Numbered from the stretch's first letter, positions 21,249 through 33,457 are shown. The stretch is 64,000 bases of DNA from Trypanosoma brucei (GCA_000002445.1 AE017150.2:544001-608000); one strand, 5' to 3'. The notes: generated by a model from the sequence alone, not told the origin. A program made the numbers and translations.

Positions 21249-23525
21249 AATTGGAAAGTTATAAGAGGATCAAGTCATGTGATACGACTCAATGAAGAGT
21301 TCTTCACCGTTCTTTTTCTTCTTTCTTTTTTTTTTTTTCATCTCCACCTCTAATTCCTTTCTTCTGTTACCTTATCGAATTAAAAATAAAGTAAAATAAA
21401 CCGGTTTATAAATATGAGAAAATTGGCATGTAGGTATGCAGACACAGCTATATATATATATTTACGAATGATAATTTATAATGGTGCATATGTATATGCG
21501 TATGCACATTTTCACAGATACGAATCTTACATTGAGGATTAATTAAGGGGCACCGAACAACAATAAGCAGGGAGGGAAGGGAAGAGAGAAGGAGAATAAT
21601 GAGGAGAATGTTACCTAAGAGAGGGAATAGAGCGTCAAAAACAAAACAAAACAAAAGAACAACAACAAAAAAAAAACAAAAAAGCAACAACAACAAAAAA
21701 AATCAAAAAATTTAAAAAAAGGGGAGGGAGGGGGTACGTTAATTTGGATTGCGTGGAATGAGGGTTGATATTTTTGTGCAGGTGACTGTTGTGTTGAATT
21801 GGTGGTTGGCGGTGCTGTTCCGTAGTCGGTCAGAAATATATTTGTTTTTTTTAAACACGTTAATCGTATTGGTGTGGAATGCGTGTCAATGTTGTTGTCC
21901 ATAAGAAGGGGAGGCCGGGGGGAAAATATAAATATGTAAATAAAATACAGCCGAAGTTTCCGCATTTGCCGAGACATGACCAACTTCACGTCGCTTACGG
22001 CCATACGCTTGTTTGTATGGAGGAATGCGAGTTTATTGCTTTTTATCCCCCATCCTTTCGAATTTTATTTTCCTGTTATTACTCCATTTTATATTTATTA
22101 TTTGTTTACTTGCGGAGTGGTGGGTACAGGAGGTCGCTGCGAATGAGTTCCCTTCGTTTTGATTTGATTTGTTTCTTTTTCTTTTCCCCCTTCGTGTAAT
22201 CAACCGTCGTAACACTCCACATTGAACTTTATTTTCTCCACTAATCTTCTCGTCCACCTGTGCCATCCCTTCCTTTATAAATATATATATATATATATTT
22301 GTTTAAAGTTTCCTTCGTTTTTTTCACTTCTTTTCCCCGCGGCCGTTGAACCATGTCTCTTTCCTTCTCATGTCGCTCTCTTATTTATATCTCCTTTTTC
22401 TTAAGAAAAAAGAGAGATCCCTCGTTTCTTTAACTGACACACGTACATGTTGAACCGTAGCGCCTCCGCCTTTTTTGTTTTTATTTTTTGTTTACACTCT
22501 CCATGTTCACTTTAAGGAGACGAAAAACAAACAAATGAACAAACAAAAAGTGTTGGATGATGAGAGGTAATATAATCGTCAGAACACAAATGTTTCTTTA
22601 TGACTGTAGTTGCTGATGATGTGAGGCGAAGGGTAAGCATGATGAAAGTTGATGTTTATTTTATTGTATATATGTTTTTTTTTCTGTTGTGTTTGTGTTT
22701 CTGTTGGGCGAGTGTTTTCCATTCGTTTCCCTTTTGTTAAGGCTACGGTTTCTCTTACTTTTGTGAAGTTAAAAAAAAAAAGAACAACAAAAAAGACGGA
22801 GAATAAAAAGAGAAGCTGCGGGAATGAAACGAGACATGTGCGAAGAGAAAATGAAAGAAGGGACGACTGGCGGTGGCGGTTGTGGCGGGGGGGGGAAAGT
22901 TGAGTCAATTCGGTATCTCTAACTGCCTCGAATGGGAGTGACTTTATTTCTCGTCACGTCGCAGCTTCACGTGTATTTTTTTTTTGAAATTTATCTTTGT
23001 ATCGTCTGTCTCGACTGCCGCGTAAAGTAATTTGTTTTTCCTCGTTTTGTATAGGGGAGCGAGTCGGAGCGTAAAAGAAAAATACACGAGCGCGAAGGGG
23101 GAACGTGTCAGGTTTGACAGTTTTACCGACTGCCACAGTTTGGCATGCGTGTGCTCTTGTGGTTCACTGAGGGTTGATGGAAACTTTCGGGAAATAAAAG
23201 TTATAGCAATGAAAGGGGCAATACTCCGGAGAAGAGGGGAATGGCGTTTTTGTTTGGAGGAGATGATAAGGTTCTGCTCAAAAATGTATGTGTGGGCGTA
23301 TATATATATATATATATATGTTTTTGTGTGTCTGTGTGTCTGTTGTTAGGAAACCTATTCGTCTACTCTGCACCTCCAGCTTCCCGTTAATGCTTTCAGT
23401 AGCAAACTTTGCAGCGTGTCTTTACGCGTTTCATCGTTATGTCTTTTAGTTCACTTCTATTATCTTATTTCTCACTTGCTTTTGACACATTAGGGTTCGC
23501 TTAGAGTAGGCGGAGGGTTCTGCAC

Positions 23526-25217
23526 ATGTCACGGCGTGCTGAGGCCCTGGGGGCACTCAATCCACAGCAGCAACAACAAATTATCCATGACGAGCACCCA
23601 CGTATGATCGGAGTGCAGAATGAGCTGCTGGAAACGAGTGTTAGCGAACAACTCAGCCCTCTTGCAGGATTCCTCGTGCGAACACTCAACCGTTGTGGTC
23701 CTCTCACGCTGAAAGCTCTCGCTGAAGCTGTCAGGCAGGAACCCTTCGGAAACCCCTTGAGGAGTAGCAAAGGTGGCGGCGCAAGTGTTAGCGGCGGCAG
23801 CGTCAATGAGGCGGTGAAGCAGGTAAGCAGCCCGATTCCGCTTCCCGTGACCGCACCAAGTGATATTGTAACCGATGCAGCTATCAAAGAGATCATGACA
23901 CGGTTGCTGTTGCACCGCGTTGTGCAACATGACCCGTCTTCCAGTACTTATAGCGTGGCACTGGGATACGGATTATTTCTGCGCACCCTCTTCCCTGTTG
24001 TTGTGCAGTTTTTTCAACGCAACTTCGGAGAGACGGGTGTGACAATTTTAATGGTGTTTTATCAGCTTGCCGTTGTACCATGGGAAGCAGCTCTGCGACT
24101 GGCAACCGAGCGTCGGCCGGCGCTTGGCGAGGCACTTCGTCATTGTGCACGGGAGATGGAAAAACTGGGTCTTATTGAATTTCTTCCAGATAAATTGCCG
24201 GGACAAGCTGCAACGGCATCCCCATCTAATGCCGGCTCGGGGACGCGTGTAGAGGGGCCTGGGGAAACGGTTGCAGCGGACGCTTGTCTGCAGGAACTTT
24301 GCCGGTTACACGTTCCTAACATTCTCTTTGAGATGCTCCGTGACGCCATCCATCGCCACCTTCTTGCCGAGCGGTTCGCCGATGGCAGCGGGTCAAACGG
24401 TGGTGGCAGTGTGGCCTCAGCCATTGTTGAAGCCTTTACCGCTTCTGCGCGCTGCCGTCGGTTTAGTGAACGCGTGTCCGGCTTTCCAGCGGCTCGTCCC
24501 CCAAGTAGCGCATCAATGCCGCTTCGTGCACTTTTGCGTGAGGTACCACACCCCGAGCCCACTGTGACGGAGGTATTAAACCGTATGTGCCGCGCAGAGG
24601 GCGATAACATAATGAGCTGTGGTGGCGGTGCAGGTGTAGATGCACTGGAAGGACCGTACCGCTTTCGGTATGATGCGGCTGTGGAGGCCATGCAACGGGA
24701 CTGTTGTGAGCGGATGGTGTTCGCGCGCCACGGTGTGCTTGGTGTGCGGTTGATCAAGTTGCTTCTTCAGCACCACCACATGGAGGATCGTATGTTAGCT
24801 GAGGAGGCCATAGCGACACTCCCCCGCACGCGAGAGGTGCTTCATGCGATGATGCGTGACGGGTATGTGCGTCAGCAGGAGGTACCTAAGACAAGTACAT
24901 TGACTGACCGGCTTCCAAAGAACTCTATTTTCCTTTGGGGATGTAACATGGAGAGTGACCTCCTGCCCACTGTACGGCTGCAAGTGGCAATGGCATTACG
25001 ACTAACGATAACACGGCTCGCGATGGAACGAAATAATGGTGTGGGTCCCGGCACAGCAATGCCAACTCCAATGAACATCGTGGCGTCTGCTACCGCTACC
25101 ATAAACGGTGATGTTCATCCAACCGGTGGTTCTTATGAAAGCAAACACGCAGTTGCGGCCCTGGAGAGCAGTGCAACGGCGTTGATGGACATGATGCTAG
25201 TTTTGGACTTTTACTAA
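23526..25217 (+). CDS. RNA polymerase III subunit RPC3/C82-like (winged-helix repeats)
   Basis: The C-terminal block MMRDGYVRQQEVPKTSTLTDRLPKNSIFLWGCN resembles POLR3C LQEIPKTPDHAPSRTFYLY. Several winged-helix-like segments are present (LLLHRVVQHD..YSV, GVLGVRLIKLLLQHHHMEDRMLAEEA). Length 563 aa, against about 534 aa for human. Confidence 0.45.
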   Translation: MSRRAEALGALNPQQQQQIIHDEHPRMIGVQNELLETSVSEQLSPLAGFLVRTLNRCGPLTLKALAEAVRQEPFGNPLRSSKGGGASVSGGSVNEAVKQVSSPIPLPVTAPSDIVTDAAIKEIMTRLLLHRVVQHDPSSSTYSVALGYGLFLRTLFPVVVQFFQRNFGETGVTILMVFYQLAVVPWEAALRLATERRPALGEALRHCAREMEKLGLIEFLPDKLPGQAATASPSNAGSGTRVEGPGETVAADACLQELCRLHVPNILFEMLRDAIHRHLLAERFADGSGSNGGGSVASAIVEAFTASARCRRFSERVSGFPAARPPSSASMPLRALLREVPHPEPTVTEVLNRMCRAEGDNIMSCGGGAGVDALEGPYRFRYDAAVEAMQRDCCERMVFARHGVLGVRLIKLLLQHHHMEDRMLAEEAIATLPRTREVLHAMMRDGYVRQQEVPKTSTLTDRLPKNSIFLWGCNMESDLLPTVRLQVAMALRLTITRLAMERNNGVGPGTAMPTPMNIVASATATINGDVHPTGGSYESKHAVAALESSATALMDMMLVLDFY

Positions 25218-25458
25218 AGTGTGTTGGGAGGGTGTCCACTCACGGGTTCGTATTTAACTAGGACTCCGTCTATCAGGTGCCGGCTGTCCTCGTTACGGAA
25301 ATGCTTGCAGCTGATTGTTACTGCTTCATCGACTCCCTTATCACGTGTTTTTTTCTTTGTTTCCTTGTTTTTCTAAACACTGCCGGCGCTACAAACTTCG
25401 GCTCTTGACTTATAGTTAAGTAGTGTTGGATACATTTCGTTTCTTTTGAATCCACGAA

Positions 25459-26715
25459 ATGAATTACACTGCGGCCCGCAAGCTGCAGGAGAGGAGGCAA
25501 CGGAGAGAAGAGAAGAGGAGAGCACTCTCGCTAGTGTACGCACAACTTCAGGCAATAATAGAAGCTGGCCGTGGTAGTAAAGATGATGAAGATGAGGAGG
25601 CATCAGAAGCGCCAAGCGTGTCCATGCAGCAGAACAACATTGTTCTGACGGCCACCACCAACGTGACGGGTGGACTTGGCCGACCTACGGCGTCCGCTAT
25701 GAGGAGGTACACCAACAAAGACCGCCGCCTCCCGACAATTTTCCAGGAGCAGCGGCAGACCACCCACAACATTGACCTGTTGTGTACTGAACTCAAGGGC
25801 CAAATATCAAAGATGGAGGGGGAGTTTGGCCGCCGTCGCAGGGCGCTTCAGGGCTCTCCGCTCGGTGACGTTCGAAACCGATTGGTATCAAGATCCAGGA
25901 CACCTCTTACAACTACACAGCTGCAGAAATACAAAGGAAGAAGCGATTCGCCTCAGGATGGGGATGTTAGTGGTGGCGAAGGTAATGACGGTAACAGTGG
26001 AGGAGTTGAGACCGGACCCCGACGCGGTGATATTGAGCGCGTGCGTGTTGCTGCTGCAGATGAGGGTTTACGAGATGATCAGTCCGTCTCTGATTACGCT
26101 GCGGAACCCGACATCCCAATGTACTCTCCGGGGCGTACCCTCCGTGACGAGGTGGAGGCGATGGATGATTCCATCAAGAAGGTGAGCCAATGCATGGCCT
26201 CCATGATGTTATTAGAGGAGATGGACTCAGGCAACCCCTGGTGGGAATCTGCTATGCTTGTCCGAGAGATGAAGGCGTGCAACATTCGTGCAAATTATCA
26301 TGTTCGTTGCGTGTTGAAGTGGATCGTTCGTGCGCAGGAACACTTTCTTCTGGAGGCAGTCTCTAAGAATAGCCAATCGGCTCGTTGTAGCGAAGAGATG
26401 GTGTATATGCGCGAGCAGGTGGGCCTATTTTCCCAGCGAATCGAACAGAGTAGGAAACTTCTGACGGAGGTGGAGGCTGAAATTGCGAACTTAAAAAGTT
26501 CCCTCAATGAGGCTACTGTGATGCGGAATGAGCTACTAGAACAATTGTTGAAGGAGGCCTGCGAGTCTAATATGTTACCGCCGGGATCCACAAATCTGCA
26601 GTCCGCGGAATTGGTGATGCTATTGGAGTATGTTATGTGGCCAGTATCTCTGCTCTCAGATGTGGAACGTGTCAAGGCTTGGGTTCAATCTCAGGACACT
26701 CAGTTGGATGTATAG
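25459..26715 (+). CDS. hypothetical protein with a C-terminal coiled-coil
   Basis: 418-aa ORF. It has a basic N-terminus (RKLQERRQRREEKRR) and a heptad-rich C-terminus (LTEVEAEIANLKSSLNEATVMRNELLEQLLKEA). Confidence 0.4.
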   Translation: MNYTAARKLQERRQRREEKRRALSLVYAQLQAIIEAGRGSKDDEDEEASEAPSVSMQQNNIVLTATTNVTGGLGRPTASAMRRYTNKDRRLPTIFQEQRQTTHNIDLLCTELKGQISKMEGEFGRRRRALQGSPLGDVRNRLVSRSRTPLTTTQLQKYKGRSDSPQDGDVSGGEGNDGNSGGVETGPRRGDIERVRVAAADEGLRDDQSVSDYAAEPDIPMYSPGRTLRDEVEAMDDSIKKVSQCMASMMLLEEMDSGNPWWESAMLVREMKACNIRANYHVRCVLKWIVRAQEHFLLEAVSKNSQSARCSEEMVYMREQVGLFSQRIEQSRKLLTEVEAEIANLKSSLNEATVMRNELLEQLLKEACESNMLPPGSTNLQSAELVMLLEYVMWPVSLLSDVERVKAWVQSQDTQLDV

Positions 26716-27240
26716 ACAGCAATATTCAAGTGTTGAGGTGAGTTCGCAAAAAAGCCGTGTTTCATCGGCTAATAAACTTCACCAAATGCGCCCGGTGTTA
26801 TCTGTCTTTCACAACTGTGCGTATTTACACGTGTGTACTTTATTTTGCCCTTTCCTTCTCCCTTCGCAGGGAGTCCGGGAGAGCTTTTCACCCTATGAGC
26901 AGCTAAATTATGTACTTCCTGTGCTTCTCATAGCGGATGGGATCTGTTCGCGACAAGCGTGTAGGGTACGTTTTGTCTTCCTGCTGGCAGCTTTTACCCC
27001 AAATTCCTCCGTCTTTCCCCTTCCTTCGCATTTACACATGTGCTCTCTACTTTTTTTTTGCTTTTCGCACTTTCCTGATGCTTCTGTTTTAATTAAACCA
27101 ACTTTATTGGCACGATTGCTAGGAGTTTACATCAGTACGGTGCAAACGGTGCGCGGGTGTGGTAGCACCTCGTTTCAGAAATAGTTTTCCTCTAGAAAAC
27201 TGGGACAAACACATTCTTCCTATCCATACAAAATCACAGA

Positions 27241-30200
27241 ATGTCTGATGCGTCCGTTAATGACGTCGCACGTGTGGAATCGGCGGGCGCCAATCGCCTG
27301 CAGGAAATAGCACAGTTCGATGAAGTGCGACAAGATAATCTTAATTTTGAGTACTATGAGCGCCAGTTCCAGGAGGTGCTTATGAGCCTTGAGAACGACG
27401 AGGTGCTCGCCGCTTTCCGAACTGAATACGCGTCCCTCTACCACTCTTTCCTGAAGAGTCACGATGGTGAGTCACGCCTGTTGAAGAAGTGCATCGAGCT
27501 GCAAGCGGACATCGACACCTGCTCATCTAAGCTGGTTACCGCGGATGAGCTTTCCCGTGGCGACAAGAACACCATCGATACCCTTCGAATTGAGATTGAG
27601 AAGACGCGGAAGAAAATTGATGTCACAAAGGAGCGTGAGGCGGCTCTGAAGGACAAAGTAGCTGCCCTTCGGCGGGAACTGCGGGACTTGGAGGAAAAGT
27701 CGCATTTGCAGGTCGAGTTGACGTCACAGAAGGCAGCAATGCAGAGCCTGCAGCGCACGCTTGAAACTGTGACGAAAGAGCGTGAATTGCAAGCGCTTCA
27801 GTTGAGTTCTCTGAGGCAGGATTACTCTTTGTTAGAGAAGAGAATGGAGCGCCTGCGAGAAGTTAAGGATTCAGGGGATATGGAGCTTCAGAAGATGCGG
27901 AGTGCAATTGATGAGAAACAAGAGGAGGCTGATGTCCATAAGGCGCTCAGGCTACGCAAGGAGGAGGAACTTCGTGAGTTGCGACAGGACATTACCCAAC
28001 GTGCAGCTTCAGTTCAGGAGCGCCAGACTGCGATTGAAAAATTGACGGAGGAAAGCAGTCAGCATAATGTAGACACAAAGAGAACTTTAGATGAAATAAA
28101 CCGACTCTCCCAGGTTTACCAGCAGCTCTCGCAACAGTTGCAACATGTTAACCAAACGAGTCAGGTATGTAATGAAGAGAATGACACCCTCCAGCGGCGT
28201 GTGAATGACTTGTTGGAGGCACTCAAGGCGGCGGAAGTTGAACTTAAATCTGTTAACCGCGTTCACAAGCGGGAGCTGAAGGTTCTGGAGGCTGCTCGAC
28301 GCCGCAACGCCGTTGCGACAAACCGCAGAGCGGAAGCGGAGGCCAACCTCTCGGCCCTTCAAATGGAGCTTCGTATGAGGGAAGATCAACTTGCGGCGGC
28401 GCTGGTTGCGATCGAGGCGGAGGAAAAGCACATTGCTCTCTTATTGAACCAGCGCAACTCGCTGCACAGGGATATACTTAATACTGTGTCAAGGAAGCAG
28501 CAGCAGATCATATTCCTAGACGAGAGACGGTCAACCCTCCACCATCTGGAGTATGAATTACATGCCTTTGTTGAGCATGCACAGCAGCAAAATGAAAAAA
28601 TATTTAAACTCTCACGCGAGTGCGATTCTTATGAAAATGTTATCCAAACAGATGCTGTGCACTGCGCAAACATTATGTGTGAGGTGCAGTTGAGAGAGTC
28701 CCAGCTGGAGGAGTTGAATCAAAACTTGAAGGATGTAGATGTAAGGCTCCAGCAGCAGCAGGGCCTCCTGGAGGCCATGGTACGGGAACGCAGTGTCTAT
28801 AGCAAGCATTACATTCAGTTATGTTCGAGTGTGGCTGAAATTTCACAGGGATTTAAATCCGTTCTCATGCAAATAAAGCAAATACAGGAGGAGATACAGC
28901 GCCGAGAGCGTCGGAGACGTGTGGAGGACGCCGTGATTGAGAAGCTTTCTATCCAACAGAAAAATATAGCGGGTCGAATAGCGCGGTTGCAGCGTCTCAC
29001 CGAGAAGCGCGCTCACTCCGTGCGACAGTTTAACTATGAAGTGAACCGCCTTGGTGAAATTGCTGTGCAGGGAGAAGAAGAGGTGTTGCGCCAACGCCGC
29101 CGTTGCCACGCCGTTCAGAAGGAACGTGATACGCTTGAGTATCAGGTGGTACAGCGTGATTCGGAGCTGCTGGATCTCTACAAGAAATTGCAGGTACAAA
29201 GAACTGTACTGGACAGGGGTAGTGAAATTTATCAGGGGCGCCTTCAGACAATTCAACACCTTCAGCAGCAGATTGGTCAGGTCAGTGGTGAACTTGCCCG
29301 GCTTCGAAAGTTTGCTTCACGACTTCCCGAGTTGCGTGTGAAGGTGAACACCGCTGCGCGTGATCTTCGGCGGGAGCAGTTGCGTGTTGAAGCACTGATG
29401 CAGGAATGCGTGCGTCCCATGAATATTCATCCCAACCACCAACTCTCATGGTCCGAGCCCGAAGTCTATGCGCTGACGGAGAAGGTTAACCACCTCCAGC
29501 GAGAGCTGGTGACGCGACACGCAGAGTTAGCAGAGAAGGAGGATCTCATTCGATCCAGAGAACAGAGTTACCTAAAGTACAAAGCAGAGGTAGCTCGGCA
29601 GGTTGGACCGGAGATGGCGGAGCAAATAGCGGTGTATCAAGGCAACCTTGCCAAAAAGACGGGGCAGATGCGGGCCATGATGCAGAGTCTCAAGTACTTC
29701 CGCGAGCAAACGGAGATGTACCAGGAACGATACAATGAGCTTCATGCCACGTTAGACAGACTCGCTGAAGAGTACATTGAGTCAAGGCAGAGGAGTGGAT
29801 ATAACACAACACAACTTTCCACAAGGGATGGAGGCCGACGTAGTAACTGTGAGGATGCAGATGCTACAAGTGCTGAAGATGTGTACAAGGGTTTTGTGGC
29901 ACCACCCCGTTCAACTCCTAGTGAAGAAGCACCGAGGCGGTTAACTGGTAGCGCATCCACAACGGAGGGTGTAGGGACTGACGCATTGCAACCACAACAT
30001 TCATCACCGGCGCTACCAGAAGCTGAGATACAGAAGGTGGTGGTGGAAGAAGTGGTGGAGGAGTTTGGGGGTGCAGATGTTGCAAGTGCTGAAGATGTGT
30101 ACAAGGGTTTTGTGGCATCTCCCCACTCAACTCCTAGTGAAGAAGCACCGAGGCAGTTAACTGGTAGCGCATCCACAACGGAGGGTGTAGGGACTGACGC

Positions 30201-30339
30201 ATTGCAACCACAACATTCATCACCGGCGCCACCAGAAGCTGAGGATGGTGAAGCTGAAATACAGAAGGCAGTGGTGGAAGAGGTGGTGGAAGAGTTTGGG
30301 GATGAGGAAGATCAGACACCGGGAGAGGAGGGTAAGTGA
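27241..30339 (+). CDS. large coiled-coil protein (cytoskeletal or flagellar type) with an in-frame 72-aa C-terminal tandem duplication
   Basis: 1032 aa. It is almost entirely heptad-repeat, rich in E/K/R/L/Q. The terminal roughly 145 aa form two near-identical 72-aa repeats (SAEDVYKGFVA.P.STPSEEAPR.LTGSASTTEGVGTDALQPQHSSPA.PEAE..EIQK.VVEEVVEEFG). Confidence 0.55.
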   Translation: MSDASVNDVARVESAGANRLQEIAQFDEVRQDNLNFEYYERQFQEVLMSLENDEVLAAFRTEYASLYHSFLKSHDGESRLLKKCIELQADIDTCSSKLVTADELSRGDKNTIDTLRIEIEKTRKKIDVTKEREAALKDKVAALRRELRDLEEKSHLQVELTSQKAAMQSLQRTLETVTKERELQALQLSSLRQDYSLLEKRMERLREVKDSGDMELQKMRSAIDEKQEEADVHKALRLRKEEELRELRQDITQRAASVQERQTAIEKLTEESSQHNVDTKRTLDEINRLSQVYQQLSQQLQHVNQTSQVCNEENDTLQRRVNDLLEALKAAEVELKSVNRVHKRELKVLEAARRRNAVATNRRAEAEANLSALQMELRMREDQLAAALVAIEAEEKHIALLLNQRNSLHRDILNTVSRKQQQIIFLDERRSTLHHLEYELHAFVEHAQQQNEKIFKLSRECDSYENVIQTDAVHCANIMCEVQLRESQLEELNQNLKDVDVRLQQQQGLLEAMVRERSVYSKHYIQLCSSVAEISQGFKSVLMQIKQIQEEIQRRERRRRVEDAVIEKLSIQQKNIAGRIARLQRLTEKRAHSVRQFNYEVNRLGEIAVQGEEEVLRQRRRCHAVQKERDTLEYQVVQRDSELLDLYKKLQVQRTVLDRGSEIYQGRLQTIQHLQQQIGQVSGELARLRKFASRLPELRVKVNTAARDLRREQLRVEALMQECVRPMNIHPNHQLSWSEPEVYALTEKVNHLQRELVTRHAELAEKEDLIRSREQSYLKYKAEVARQVGPEMAEQIAVYQGNLAKKTGQMRAMMQSLKYFREQTEMYQERYNELHATLDRLAEEYIESRQRSGYNTTQLSTRDGGRRSNCEDADATSAEDVYKGFVAPPRSTPSEEAPRRLTGSASTTEGVGTDALQPQHSSPALPEAEIQKVVVEEVVEEFGGADVASAEDVYKGFVASPHSTPSEEAPRQLTGSASTTEGVGTDALQPQHSSPAPPEAEDGEAEIQKAVVEEVVEEFGDEEDQTPGEEGK
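29870..30301 (+). repeat. in-frame tandem duplication of 216 bp within the coiled-coil gene
   Basis: Two near-identical 216-bp units encoding 72-aa repeats. The second unit has a short insertion (DGEAE). Confidence 0.8.
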
Positions 30340-30719
30340 GCACACTACTGTGAAGAAGGTAGTGATTCTCCGTATACTCCGTAGAGTAGATGCTTCATCA
30401 ATTATGTCAATGTACATTCCGTGGTGGAACGCGGTGACAGTCCGGGTGAGGAGGATGAGGGCGATGTTAAAGACGATGTAGGGGGTGTATTTTCAATGGC
30501 TTATGCGGGCTTTTCCTCTTTATTATGTCGAATATTATGCACAGGTGGGGGAAGCGAGGAAAAGTTCTGTGCCATTCTCTCTTTTGCGTGTCTAATTTTC
30601 GCGTTTATTCCCAATTATCGTTTGCTGTAGCTGGCCGCGTGTTATAAAAATGAAGAGCCTGGTGTTGTGTTCGCCGAACACGCTTAGTTGCTTCGTGCTC
30701 GTTTATTAAAGCGAAATTT

Positions 30720-30835
30720 GTGGCTGACTCCCATTTTCACAACTTTCTGTTTTTTCATTCTCTTTTTGTTTTTTGTGCGTGTTTTTTTGCTTCCCCCTTT
30801 TGTCGCATTTTTAGGGATCCGCCGTCGAAATATCG
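30720..30835 (+). promoter_or_regulatory. polypyrimidine tract / probable SL acceptor region upstream of HSP78
   Basis: A T/C-rich run (ttctgttttttcattctctttttgttttttgtgcgtgtttttttgcttcccccttttgtcgcatttttagg) ends in AG about 180 nt upstream of the ATG. Confidence 0.4.
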
Positions 30836-31018
30836 ATCGTGTTTCCGAGTCTTGTCGGTGCCCGTGCGGAGTAGCAAAGGGGAACACTTGACATCTTTCG
30901 GTCCATAGACAAGAAAGGAAGTGCACAGCAAGGAGGGAATCAAGGAGTCAACTGACAAAGGTATTCCTACCGCTGAAACTGACGAAAAAAAAAGAGGGAG
31001 ACAAAATAAGCCGAAAGG

Positions 31019-33457
31019 ATGCGAAAGCTGGGTTCGGGTGGCCGTGGTGTGTGGGCAAACAGCTTGACGACAAAACGTACCGTGCAGGTCGGGGGCTATT
31101 CGGCTGTTTCGCTACTACCTTCTACAGCCCCTTTGTGTAATGGGTTAAGTACCTTGTTTGGTGTGCAACGGCGCTTTCAGTCCAGTGTCACGCCATGGGG
31201 TGGTCAACAAGGTGGGGGGAGTGGCAGCAACAGCAACAGTAACACTCAACAGCAACAGGGCCGGGCATGGGTAAACCCACAGGCAGTGCCCCCTGGTGAG
31301 TTTCTAAACAAATATGCCCGCAATTTGACGGAAGAGGCTCGCATGGGACGCCTGGACCCCATTATTGGCAGAGAGGAAATTATCCGCCGTACCATTCAAG
31401 TATTGAGTCGCCGAACGAAAAATAACCCCGTTCTTATCGGAGAACCTGGCGTTGGGAAGACAGCCATTGTGGAAGGATTGGCCCAACGTATTGTCAGTGG
31501 CGAAGTACCGGAGAGTATCAAGGATAAGAAAGTGTTCTCACTAGACATGGGCTCTTTAGTTGCTGGTGCGAAGTTCCGTGGTGAGTTTGAGGAGCGGCTG
31601 AAGGGTGTGCTAAAGGACACAATTGAGTCGCAGGGGAAAGTTATTCTTTTCATTGACGAGTTGCACACCCTCGTTGGGGCGGGGGCATCCGGTGATGGAT
31701 CCATGGACGCGGCGAACCTCCTGAAACCTTCACTCGCCCGTGGTGAGCTTCATTGCGTCGGTGCCACCACTTTGGATGAATACAAGCGTCACATCGAGAA
31801 GGATGCCGCTCTAGCTCGCCGCTTTCAGTCTGTCCTCGTAACTGAGCCCACGGTTGAGGAAACCATCTCCGTGCTACGTGGCATTAAGGAAAAATATGAG
31901 GCCCACCATGGGTGTCTCATTAAGGACGAGGCCCTCGTTTACGCAGCGGTTAATTCCCATCGATACCTCTCAGAGAGGCGGCTACCCGACAAGGCTATCG
32001 ACCTTATCGACGAGGCAGCAAGTCGGCTGCGACTTCAGCAGGAGTCCAAACCAGAGCAGCTTGATAGCGTGGGGCGTGAGCTTGTCCGCCTAAAGATTGA
32101 AGCTGAGGCAGTGAAGAAAGATAAGGATGAGCTGGGAAAGGCGAAACTGACGCAGCTCTACAACCGGATTGAGGAGAGGCAGAAGGAGTATGATGCATTG
32201 GAAGAGCGCTGGAAGAAGGAGAAGGCCATGTTCGACCGCATCAAGAAACGAACGGAGGACTTGGATGTTCTTCGCCACCACTACGAGCAGGCGCGAACGG
32301 AGGGTGATTTTGCCAAGGCATCCGAAATATTGCATGGAAGGATACCTGCTCTGAAGAAAGAAATTGATGCGGATAAGCAGGCAACTCGTACTGAAAACTT
32401 CCTTACGCATGACTCCGTTACCGCTGATGACATTGCTCAGGTCATTGCCCGTGCCACTGGCATTCCCGTTGCACAACTTATGACAGGTGAGAGGGAGAAG
32501 CTCATCACCATGGACAAGGAGCTTCGTCAGAGGGTTCTTGGCCAAGACGAGGCGATTGCCACTATTACCAACGTTGTGCGCATTTCTCGTGCTGGCCTCC
32601 ACGCACACAAGCGTCCACTTGGCTCCTTCCTATTTCTTGGCCCAACTGGTGTGGGAAAAACCGAGATATGCAAACAACTGGCGAGGTTTCTATTCGATGA
32701 TGAATCTTTCATATGCCGCATTGATATGAGCGAGTACATGGAACGACATGCGGTTCATCGTCTTATTGGAGCACCCCCGGGATATGTTGGCTATGAAGAA
32801 GGTGGTGAACTCACCGAGTCGGTGCGACGCCGCCCGTACCAAATTGTCCTTTTTGATGAGTTCGAGAAGGCGCACCCGAGTGTATCGAATATCCTCCTTC
32901 AAGTCCTTGACGAAGGTCACCTTACGGACAGTCATGGCCGGCGTGTGGATTTCAAGAACACTATCATTATTCTCACGTCAAACATTGGAGCTGACGCCAT
33001 TGCTGCGCTGCCAGAGGGTTGTCCATCCTCGAAGGCGATGCCATCTGTCATGCAGCAGGTGAGACAGCGCATGACACCAGAGTTTATCAACCGCTTGGAT
33101 GATATTGTTATGTTCAATCGACTTGGCAAGGCTGAGACTCGAAAGATTGTTGATCTCCTCTTTGCACATGTACAGTCAATGTTGGACGACCAGGAGATTA
33201 AGCTGGAGGTGAGCTCTGATGTGTTTGAATGGTTCGGGACGAATGGTTACAGCCCAGTCTACGGCGCTCGCCCACTTAAGCGGCTCGTACAGTCCGAATT
33301 ATTAAACCGGTTGGCGATTATGCTGTTGGACGGTCGGATTCGGGAGAAGGAAACCGTGAAGGTGGAAATGCGTGATGGAGAGGTATTTGTGCATCAGAAC
33401 CATGACGCCGTGCGCCCAGTGGATGCCGCAGACCTGGGTCCGCAACTCACAGAATGA
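31019..33457 (+). CDS. HSP78: ClpB/HSP104-family AAA+ chaperone, mitochondrial HSP78
   Basis: Two nucleotide-binding domains with Walker A motifs ([18 protein letters not shown] and [19 protein letters not shown]). A ClpB middle coiled-coil region ([28 protein letters not shown]) is present. The N-terminal presequence-like extension and a length of 812 aa fit HSP78. Confidence 0.85.
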   Translation: MRKLGSGGRGVWANSLTTKRTVQVGGYSAVSLLPSTAPLCNGLSTLFGVQRRFQSSVTPWGGQQGGGSGSNSNSNTQQQQGRAWVNPQAVPPGEFLNKYARNLTEEARMGRLDPIIGREEIIRRTIQVLSRRTKNNPVLIGEPGVGKTAIVEGLAQRIVSGEVPESIKDKKVFSLDMGSLVAGAKFRGEFEERLKGVLKDTIESQGKVILFIDELHTLVGAGASGDGSMDAANLLKPSLARGELHCVGATTLDEYKRHIEKDAALARRFQSVLVTEPTVEETISVLRGIKEKYEAHHGCLIKDEALVYAAVNSHRYLSERRLPDKAIDLIDEAASRLRLQQESKPEQLDSVGRELVRLKIEAEAVKKDKDELGKAKLTQLYNRIEERQKEYDALEERWKKEKAMFDRIKKRTEDLDVLRHHYEQARTEGDFAKASEILHGRIPALKKEIDADKQATRTENFLTHDSVTADDIAQVIARATGIPVAQLMTGEREKLITMDKELRQRVLGQDEAIATITNVVRISRAGLHAHKRPLGSFLFLGPTGVGKTEICKQLARFLFDDESFICRIDMSEYMERHAVHRLIGAPPGYVGYEEGGELTESVRRRPYQIVLFDEFEKAHPSVSNILLQVLDEGHLTDSHGRRVDFKNTIIILTSNIGADAIAALPEGCPSSKAMPSVMQQVRQRMTPEFINRLDDIVMFNRLGKAETRKIVDLLFAHVQSMLDDQEIKLEVSSDVFEWFGTNGYSPVYGARPLKRLVQSELLNRLAIMLLDGRIREKETVKVEMRDGEVFVHQNHDAVRPVDAADLGPQLTE

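Noticed and set aside
21249..23525. 2.3 kb gap with a 106-aa + ORF (21879-22199) between the carrier and RPC82-like genes
   Set aside because: The ORF is Tyr/Phe/Leu-rich with a pyrimidine-tract character and has no motif, so it is most likely UTR or spacer. I could not support any gene or RNA here.
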